This document shows, piece after piece, positions 57,753 through 64,000 of a stretch of 64,000 nucleotides of DNA. Location of the stretch: NCBI GenBank assembly GCA_029256575.1, contig JAQSXR010000012.1:908-64907 (forward strand), read 5' to 3'. The first letter of the stretch is position 1. Each line of letters opens with the position of its first letter. Both the position numbers and the translations under genes were made by a program. The notes under the pieces were generated by a model that did not search any database, had not been told where the DNA came from, and was given only the letters and a program-made list of their open reading frames with translations. This stretch comes from Clostridiales bacterium (GTDB lineage: Bacteria; Bacillota; Clostridia; Lachnospirales; JAQSXR01).

Positions 57753-58445
57753 CTAAGCGAATTTCAATTCTTGCAGTTTGTTTAAAAGTTGATTACTAAG
57801 TTCTACCGCCGTTCCATTCCATATTTCTTGGTGAGCATTTACCTCTGGTGGAAAGATACGTTGTACTTGGGTTGGTGATCCATTCAGACCGTAATTCTTC
57901 TCATCCTTATCATCTAAATCATTAAGCGTGATTATTGTAATCTCTCGGTCCTTTGTTTCTTGTTTCTTAACATAGGAAGGAAGTCTTGGCATAAAGATAT
58001 CTTTATCTACGGTAAGCAAACATGGAAATTGTACTTTTGAGATCTCGATATCATTCGTCATATCCATTTCTATTATAATGGCCCCGTCTTGAATCTCAAC
58101 GATCTTAGATACATTTGAAACACATGGAATGTTCAACCATTCAGACACCTCCGGACCTACTTGCGCTGTATCCCCATCTGTTGTTTGTTTTCCACAAAGA
58201 ATCAAATCAAAATCTCCTAATTTTTTAATTTCTCTAATTACTGCTGCAGCTTGACCAGGCCCCATCGTAACCGCACAGATAGTTCCTCCTGTTTCTTCCC
58301 TTATCCTTAATGCTGTTTCAATTGCATATAAATCATATGGATTCATTTTTGACTCTACGCCATTTCTTTTTAAAACTCCTGTAATAGGATCAACTTCAAC
58401 CTTATTCGTATCCGGTACTTGTTTAATGCAAACTAAAATATTCAT
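57753..58445 (-). CDS. etfB: electron transfer flavoprotein beta subunit (LctB-like) carrying an apparent 31-aa in-frame deletion
   Basis: ILVCIKQVPD and DGDTAQVGP are present, but the conserved GAD...SD..F.G.DT.ATS block between ..AAAVIRE and IKKLGDFDL is absent; 230 aa versus about 260-265 expected. Confidence 0.8.
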   Translation of the reverse strand: MNILVCIKQVPDTNKVEVDPITGVLKRNGVESKMNPYDLYAIETALRIREETGGTICAVTMGPGQAAAVIREIKKLGDFDLILCGKQTTDGDTAQVGPEVSEWLNIPCVSNVSKIVEIQDGAIIIEMDMTNDIEISKVQFPCLLTVDKDIFMPRLPSYVKKQETKDREITIITLNDLDDKDEKNYGLNGSPTQVQRIFPPEVNAHQEIWNGTAVELSNQLLNKLQELKFA

Positions 58446-58507
58446 ACGTTTCACCTTTTCCTTTTCTAAATTGTTTGGATGTTAAATATTATTGAGTCTG
58501 TTTATAT

Positions 58508-60049
58508 TTATAAGAAAAACTGTGCTCCAATATAGGTACAAATACCCACAATCGCAAGGAAAAGTATATAGAATTTTATTGTCCCTTTTAAAAGAACACT
58601 TTCTTTCCCCTGCAAATTAACTGCTGCTACTGCAACTGCGATACTCTGTGGTGAGATCATCTTTGCAGTAATTGCTCCTGCTGTATTGGACGCAGCAATC
58701 CAAGATTGATTCAAATTAAGCGCAATTGATGTTTCCGCTTGTAGACCACCAAATAAAACACTGGATGAAGTTCCACTTCCAGTTACAAAGGTCCCAATTG
58801 ATCCAAGAAGTGGTGCAAATAGAGGATAATAAGATCCCGTTACCGTAACAAACATAAGTGCTATGGAAGCTATCATTCCGCTGTAACCCATTAGTTTTGC
58901 TGTGGACATAATGCATATAATAGTAATAATAGTTTTCAATAATTGAATGACTGTTTTTCTGAAAATCGGTAGAAGTTCACTAAAATGTGCTCCTTGTACT
59001 TTTCCTCCTATAAATGCAGCAAGTATTATCCATAATCCCGGAGTTGCTAGCCAGGAAAAGGTATATGCTGAGGCATTTTCTCCTGTGTAAATATTTACTG
59101 AAGTCTTGATAGTCGCTAATAATTCATTTAATGGTGCTATTAATTTAGAAGTTGCTAATAAAAAAGTAAATATTAATATAAACGGACTCCATGCTACTAA
59201 AGCTTCTTTTATGGTTACCTTCCCCGTATCCTTTCCTTCCAAACAATATTCAGGATCAATTTCTTTTTTCCCAAAAACTTTAGCAGCCCATATTGTACAT
59301 AACATTGAACTTACAGAGCCAATTACAACTGGTAGTTCTGCACCAAGGAATTTAGCAACAAGATATTCTGGCACTAAAAATGATACTCCTGATATTAATG
59401 TTATTATTCCAACGCCTTTTAAGGATTTTTTCGATTTTCCTGTTAAAAAAACTAAGATAAAAGGTGTCAGGATAATTAATGGAATTAGCAACGTTACTGT
59501 ATTTGTGGATAATCCAAATACGTCAAGTCCTGTAATCTTAGCTAACGTAGTTGTTGGAATTCCAATAGAACCGAACGCTGTTGGAGTTGAATTTGCAATT
59601 AGACAAACAATTGCGGAAAATACGGGGTTGAACCCTAATCCCCAAAGCATACTTGCTGGTATTGCAACGGCAGTACCAAACCCTGCCATCCCTTCCATAA
59701 AACCTCCAAATCCCCAAGCAATAATTAAAACTAAAACTCTTTTGTCTTTTGTTACACTTGCTAACATTTTCTTAATAACTTCCATATTTCCTGTATGCAC
59801 GCATACATTGTAAGTAAATATGGCAGCAATAATTACAATTATTATTGGCCAAAGAGCCAATGCAGTACCCTCAACAATTGCTGTTAAGCTATCAAGTAAA
59901 GGCATTTTCCATACAAATACTGAAAGTACATATGCGATTACCAATCCGATTGCACAAGCTTTAAAACCCGGAATTTTAAAAGCAGTAAGTGCAATAATCA
60001 ACCAAATAATCGGTAGCAATGCTAATACAAATGCTAAAGTCATGTTCAT
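58508..60049 (-). CDS. lctP: L-lactate permease (LctP family)
   Basis: 513-aa polytopic protein with LctP-type blocks (GFGGFMEGMAGFGT, FVTGSGTSSSVLFG). Confidence 0.9.
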   Translation of the reverse strand: MNMTLAFVLALLPIIWLIIALTAFKIPGFKACAIGLVIAYVLSVFVWKMPLLDSLTAIVEGTALALWPIIIVIIAAIFTYNVCVHTGNMEVIKKMLASVTKDKRVLVLIIAWGFGGFMEGMAGFGTAVAIPASMLWGLGFNPVFSAIVCLIANSTPTAFGSIGIPTTTLAKITGLDVFGLSTNTVTLLIPLIILTPFILVFLTGKSKKSLKGVGIITLISGVSFLVPEYLVAKFLGAELPVVIGSVSSMLCTIWAAKVFGKKEIDPEYCLEGKDTGKVTIKEALVAWSPFILIFTFLLATSKLIAPLNELLATIKTSVNIYTGENASAYTFSWLATPGLWIILAAFIGGKVQGAHFSELLPIFRKTVIQLLKTIITIICIMSTAKLMGYSGMIASIALMFVTVTGSYYPLFAPLLGSIGTFVTGSGTSSSVLFGGLQAETSIALNLNQSWIAASNTAGAITAKMISPQSIAVAVAAVNLQGKESVLLKGTIKFYILFLAIVGICTYIGAQFFL

Positions 60050-60102
60050 GTTTGTCCCCCTTTTTAATCATTGAAGTTCTAAATCCCAATACCATTAGTT
60101 AT

Positions 60103-60229
60103 AATTGGTACTACCAATTTTTAGAGTAAAAAAAGAGGATGCATTCCCGCACCCCTATTCCACCAATTTATCCGAATTGGTAGGACCACTTTGTATTTTA
60201 ATTATACTTTCTTACTGTCATTTTGTCAA
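60103..60229 (-). promoter_or_regulatory. lct operon promoter and two GntR/FadR-type operators
   Basis: Minus strand reads TTGACA (60229..60224), 17 nt, TATAAT (60206..60201). Operators are TGGTAGGACCA (60178..60188) and the perfect AATTGGTA-C-TACCAATT (60103..60119). Confidence 0.65.
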
Positions 60230-60280
60230 CAAAAGTCATTTTTTTAACAAGCTTTTTGTGCACAATTACCTTTATATGTA

Positions 60281-60991
60281 TTATTTCACATTAATCATCT
60301 CGTTTTTCGAGAGTTTTTCATCTATTATGTCAAAATGTTTATTAATTGCTTGATAAGCCAAATGTTTATCTTTTGTAATTAAACTTTTAATCATATCATT
60401 ATGAGCTTCCAAAAGGATGTACTTGCTATCTTCGGAGCTTAATATTTCTCTTCTTAAATCAACAATAAATTGATCTACTAATTCTGAAAGCGCTTGTAAA
60501 ATATCGATGATTAAGATGTTTTTTGAAGCTATCGCAATATTATAGTGAAGTTTCTTATCTAAAATAACATTATTCTCTTCTGTTTCATGTTCTAGTTGAG
60601 AAATAACCATATTCAGTTGTTCAATTTCCTCATCAGATATATTATCAATTGCAAGTAAAAGTGCTTGTAACTCTAGACCTCTACGTAATTGGCTAATTTG
60701 TTGATAATTGATTTGATTGAGCAAAAACATCATAGACATTGATTCTACAAGATTGTTTTCAAAATTGCCTATTAAGTAATTTCCCGCACCTTGTTGACTT
60801 GAAATCATACCCATAATATCTAAAGTACGAATTGCTTCTCGTACTGAATTGCGACTAACTCCCAGAATTGCTGACAGTTCTCTTTCAGCAGGTAGTTTTT
60901 CTCCTGCCAATAGAGTGCCTGACTTAATTTGTTTTTTTATATAATCGATTACCTTTGTGAATGATTTTGTCTGTGATACTTTATCTTCCAT
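60281..60991 (-). CDS. GntR/FadR-family (FCD domain) regulator, LldR-like
   Basis: N-terminal wHTH LPAERELSAILGVSRNSVREAIRTL plus an all-helical FCD-type C-terminus. ATG 60991 is preceded by AAGGAG. Confidence 0.9.
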   Translation of the reverse strand: MEDKVSQTKSFTKVIDYIKKQIKSGTLLAGEKLPAERELSAILGVSRNSVREAIRTLDIMGMISSQQGAGNYLIGNFENNLVESMSMMFLLNQINYQQISQLRRGLELQALLLAIDNISDEEIEQLNMVISQLEHETEENNVILDKKLHYNIAIASKNILIIDILQALSELVDQFIVDLRREILSSEDSKYILLEAHNDMIKSLITKDKHLAYQAINKHFDIIDEKLSKNEMINVK

Positions 60992-61051
60992 TGCATTACT
61001 CCTTATTTCTAACAAAATTTATATATTTTTGTACTGCTTACATATAAACTC

Positions 61052-61438
61052 TCAATTGTGTCCGCAACTACATCCACCTTCTTCGTGATTATGTTCATGT
61101 GAATGTTCATGGCTTGAACAACCTGTATTATTAAATTTAAGACTTCCATCCAAATAGCCCTTTATTACCTCTTCAATATCTCCTGCGGCTCCAGATAATA
61201 TATCAATCTTATTTTTTATTAGATTTTGTCGTGCTCCATCACCCATACCACCAACAATAACTACATTTACATTTTTTGAAGCAAGAAATGCTGGAAGTAG
61301 TCCATGTTGATTCCCATCTGTATTTATTAATGCTTTACTTTTAATAGCTGAATTTTCTAGTTCTAAAATTGTAAAGTTTTCACACTTCCCAAAATGTTGC
61401 GAAACATTAGTTCCTTCAGTAGCTATTGCAATTATCAT
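61052..61438 (-). CDS. NifB/NifX-fold (DUF-type dinitrogenase cofactor-binding-like) protein with a His/Cys-rich tail
   Basis: MIIAIAT....HFG... fold signature. C-terminus reads CSSHEHSHEHNHEEGGCSCGHN. Confidence 0.75.
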   Translation of the reverse strand: MIIAIATEGTNVSQHFGKCENFTILELENSAIKSKALINTDGNQHGLLPAFLASKNVNVVIVGGMGDGARQNLIKNKIDILSGAAGDIEEVIKGYLDGSLKFNNTGCSSHEHSHEHNHEEGGCSCGHN

Positions 61439-61516
61439 AATTAATTCTCCTTCTTAATTCATGTATTTTAATTATTCCTTCATTTTGTTACTACGTATTA
61501 CTGCATTTAACCAGCC

Positions 61517-61849
61517 TTACGTGTGCATACAATTCTTTATATTTTTCTTGCAGCAAGATCCCCCTGCAAACAATTCATAATGACCTCCTTCTATTCGTAT
61601 TGTCTTACCATTAATGAGGGCATCGGCAGTTTTTTTTCTTGCAGACTTAATTATTCTTTGGAAGGTCCCTCTTGATACATTCATATTTTCAGCTGCGTTA
61701 TCTTGCTCCAATCCCAAATAATCTGATAGACGTATGGCTTCAACTTCTTCAATACTTAAAATCACTTCATCTTCATTATGAATCTGAGGATGAAAACACG
61801 GGTTATCTGGTACAAATCCTACCATTCTACACTTTCTTGGTCTTGTCAT
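61517..61849 (-). CDS. DUF134 (UPF0251) putative DNA-binding protein
   Basis: N-terminal PRKCR..G motif, central HTH-like segment, C-terminal Cys cluster. Confidence 0.8.
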   Translation of the reverse strand: MTRPRKCRMVGFVPDNPCFHPQIHNEDEVILSIEEVEAIRLSDYLGLEQDNAAENMNVSRGTFQRIIKSARKKTADALINGKTIRIEGGHYELFAGGSCCKKNIKNCMHT

Positions 61850-61955
61850 TTAATCACCTCTTTATTGTGTGCATATGCACAAAATAATATTACACCTTTT
61901 TTATAATTCAGTCAATATTTATCATAGAGATTAAATCGTTGATTATCTCTTAATT

Positions 61956-62912
61956 TCAGAGTTTGAATGTAGATGAATCTATCCACTTCCAGTCTTTCCT
62001 TAACTTCTTAATTGATCGTGTAAGATCGTATAATGCAAGATCTTTCATTTTTGCTTCAATCATTATATCTATATCTTTATTGATTCTTTTACAGCTGTCT
62101 ATAAATTCTACGAAATGATTTCCATCAATATAATCTGCGTGTTTTCGATCCTTAGGAGAATCTTTGGGGCTGGAGAAATGTAGCTTAGGTGGGAGTTCTT
62201 GATCCTCCCACGTATCAAATACTTCATGTAATATCTCGCTGATATTATCACCCTCATTATTGCATATATGGTGATGAACATCTAATACCATTGGTATACA
62301 TAACTTTTTGCATAATCCTAGCGTATCTCTAGCAGTGAAAGTTTTATCATCATTTTCTAAAATTAGTTTTGATGTAATTTCATTCGGATAGCTTATAAAA
62401 TTCTTTTCGAATCTCTGAAGTGCAGCAGATTTCCCTCCTGCAGAGCTTCCTACATGAAGTACCATTTTACCAAGAGGATATTTCATATCACTAAATAAAT
62501 TCGCATGAACCCATAGATTTCTCTTTGTATTTTCCACTACATTATCATCAACACTATTAATTACATTGAATTGATCTGGATGGGTATCTACTCGCATATC
62601 ATTGTTTTTTATATAGTCGCCAAGCAACTTATAATCTACACCAAACATAGTTCTGTACTTCCAATTTACATCTGGATGGGTTGCTAATGGAATAAGTGCC
62701 GAAGTTATTCGGTAAAAATGAATATTGTTCTCTACGTTATATTCTAATATTTTTTTTAAATCTACTATGTTTGAGTATGCAATCTGTTTAAGTTTATTTA
62801 TTTTCTTCTCTTCCGTAGCCAGCCTTTGATAGAATGTATATGTAACATTACTAGAGGATGTTACTTTTGGAAGTTTTAATGCAATTGCTACATAACCCAA
62901 TCGAACTCTCAT
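61956..62912 (-). CDS. uvsE: UV damage endonuclease
   Basis: MRVRLGYV start typical of UvsE/UVDE. TIM-barrel motifs (RITS.L.P, HPDQF, HVGS, LENDD). ATG 62912 is preceded by GGTGGTGA. Confidence 0.85.
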   Translation of the reverse strand: MRVRLGYVAIALKLPKVTSSSNVTYTFYQRLATEEKKINKLKQIAYSNIVDLKKILEYNVENNIHFYRITSALIPLATHPDVNWKYRTMFGVDYKLLGDYIKNNDMRVDTHPDQFNVINSVDDNVVENTKRNLWVHANLFSDMKYPLGKMVLHVGSSAGGKSAALQRFEKNFISYPNEITSKLILENDDKTFTARDTLGLCKKLCIPMVLDVHHHICNNEGDNISEILHEVFDTWEDQELPPKLHFSSPKDSPKDRKHADYIDGNHFVEFIDSCKRINKDIDIMIEAKMKDLALYDLTRSIKKLRKDWKWIDSSTFKL

Positions 62913-62950
62913 TGATTCACCACCTATTTTTATTTTTGAAAATTTTGTAA

Positions 62951-62979
62951 TTGACATCCAAAAAAATCTATTATATAAT
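62951..62979 (+). promoter_or_regulatory. consensus sigma-A promoter of the amt leader
   Basis: TTGACA (62951), exactly 17 nt, TATAAT (62974). Confidence 0.65.
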
Positions 62980-62994
62980 TCCAAATGAACATAG

Positions 62995-63025
62995 ACGTTC
63001 GGCATTGAGGTGCCGAACGTTTTTT
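62995..63025 (+). terminator. leader terminator 1
   Basis: Perfect 10-bp stem ACGTTCGGCA / TGCCGAACGT, loop TTGAGG, then TTTTT. Confidence 0.75.
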
Positions 63026-63056
63026 AATTTAATATAAAATATGATTCGTAAACGAC

Positions 63057-63089
63057 GGCGTTTAGATATATATCTAAACGCCCTTTTTT
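63057..63089 (+). terminator. leader terminator 2
   Basis: Stem GGCGTTTAGA / TCTAAACGCC, AT loop, then C plus TTTTTT. A competing hairpin TAAACG-ACGG-CGTTTA lies at 63049..63064. Confidence 0.75.
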
Positions 63090-63109
63090 ATGGGAAAAGA
63101 GGGATTAAT

Positions 63110-64000
63110 ATGGATGTAAAAGTTACACTCGATACCCTATGGGTATTAATATGTGCAATGTTGGTATTTTTTATGAATTTAGGTTTTGCTTCTCTCGAAG
63201 CAGGATTTGCAAGATCTAAAAATACTACAAACATTTTATCAAAGAACTTAATTGTTTTTGCTGTTTCATCATTAGGCTTTATGTTCTTGGGTTTTGGATT
63301 AATGTTTGGAGATGGTAATGGTTTTGTCGGTATGAAAGGTCTGTTTATGTTATCTGGAGCAGATAATTCCCCTCAAATTAACGAAGCTTATACTGGTGTA
63401 TATTCAGCACTTTCTTGGACTTCAGTTCCGTTTTATGCAAAGTTCTTTTTTCAATTAGTATTTTGCGGAACTGCTGCTACTATCGTTTCTGGTGCTGTAG
63501 CAGAGAGAATTAAGTATATCTCTTTTATCGTATTTTCTTTTATACTTACATTAATTATTTACCCACTAGTTGGCCACTGGATATGGGGTGGTGGTTTTCT
63601 TGCAGAACTAGGTTTCTTAGACTTTGCTGGTGACACAGTTGTTCACTCAGTTGGTGGATGGGCTGCTTTAGCAGGTGTTCTCGTATTAGGACCAAGGGTT
63701 GGTAAATATACAAAAGATGGTAAAGCGAATCCTATCACAGGCCATAACATGAGTTTAGCTGTAATTGGTCTATTTATACTTTGGTTTGGTTGGTTTGGCT
63801 TTAATCCAGGTTCTACAATGGCAGCTGATCCAGAAGCAATTTCCCATATCATAATGACAACAAATACTTCTGCTATTATTGCAGCTTTGACTTCAACTGC
63901 TACGGCATGGCTTTTAATTGGTAAACCTGACCTTGGTATGACAATTAATGGTGTACTCGCAGGGTTAGTTGCTATTACTGGATCTTGTGCATATGTATCC
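63110..64000 (+). CDS. amt: ammonium transporter (Amt family), 5' partial, runs off the window
   Basis: My own translation: MDVKVTLDTLWVLICAMLVFFMNLGFASLEAGFARSKN...DFAGDTVVHSVGGWAALAGVLVLGPR...FGWFGFNPGS. It is absent from the ORF track because no stop is reached. SD AGAGGG. Confidence 0.9.
   Translation, partial: MDVKVTLDTLWVLICAMLVFFMNLGFASLEAGFARSKNTTNILSKNLIVFAVSSLGFMFLGFGLMFGDGNGFVGMKGLFMLSGADNSPQINEAYTGVYSALSWTSVPFYAKFFFQLVFCGTAATIVSGAVAERIKYISFIVFSFILTLIIYPLVGHWIWGGGFLAELGFLDFAGDTVVHSVGGWAALAGVLVLGPRVGKYTKDGKANPITGHNMSLAVIGLFILWFGWFGFNPGSTMAADPEAISHIIMTTNTSAIIAALTSTATAWLLIGKPDLGMTINGVLAGLVAITGSCAYVS

Noticed and set aside
59106-59813. 235-aa plus-strand ORF, and 59820..60074, inside the lactate permease region.
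   Set aside because: Entirely antisense to a well-supported 513-aa LctP gene. Low-complexity composition with no SD, typical of a shadow ORF in an AT-rich genome.
60105-60353. 82-aa plus-strand ORF across the lct regulatory region and the end of the GntR gene.
   Set aside because: It overlaps the operators, the promoter and the 3' end of a real gene on the opposite strand, and has no SD.
62995-63089. ANTAR-type dual hexaloop target in the amt leader.
   Set aside because: Loop 1 is UUGAGG and the competing hairpin has a 4-nt loop ACGG. Neither shows the A1/G4 hexaloop pattern, so ANTAR control is not supported by the sequence, though it is not excluded experimentally.
63041-63109. In-frame upstream ATG that would extend Amt by 23 residues (MIRKRRRLDIYLNALFYGKRGIN).
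   Set aside because: No SD precedes it. The extension would be encoded by the terminator-2 hairpin. ATG 63110 has AGAGGG at proper spacing and gives a typical Amt N-terminus.

Overview
AT-rich (about one-third GC by eye, not computed) chromosomal segment. Gene content and Shine-Dalgarno usage fit an anaerobic, spore-forming Firmicute (Clostridia, Lachnospiraceae-like). I call about 58 protein genes, mostly on the minus strand. I saw no rRNA, tRNA, CRISPR array, transposase, integrase or phage gene, so this looks like core or metabolic chromosome rather than a mobile island. Recognisable modules, left to right: (1) a chemoreceptor; (2) a metNIQ methionine importer plus an M20 amidohydrolase; (3) a PAS-GGDEF-EAL enzyme; (4) ldh; (5) bioY behind a BirA-type operator; (6) an extracytoplasmic flavin reductase flanked by a Cache hybrid kinase and an OmpR regulator; (7) a KduI/SDR/DgoK-type kinase/Eda pathway served by a TctABC transporter and an IclR repressor; (8) a fused ABC exporter with its two-component system; (9) an ECF sigma/anti-sigma pair; (10) a PadR/DUF2812 pair; (11) the GntR-controlled lactate operon lctP-etfB-etfA-FAD-LDH; (12) uvsE; (13) the 5' part of an ammonium transporter. 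The items most worth a second look: (a) a translationally coupled pair of cysteine-rich paralogues with an identical 11-Cys spacing pattern behind a sigma-K-like promoter (47312-48546), which I cannot assign to a family; (b) an 83-nt structured element present twice (7402-7484 and 18881-18963, 72/83 identical, ungapped); (c) an amt leader with a consensus promoter followed by two tandem intrinsic terminators and a competing hairpin; (d) an array of 14-nt tandem repeats in a 3' UTR; (e) three apparently damaged genes (etfB in-frame deletion, DUF362 frameshifting deletion, sstT 3' truncation). All family assignments come from reading motifs in the supplied translations. No database search was run.
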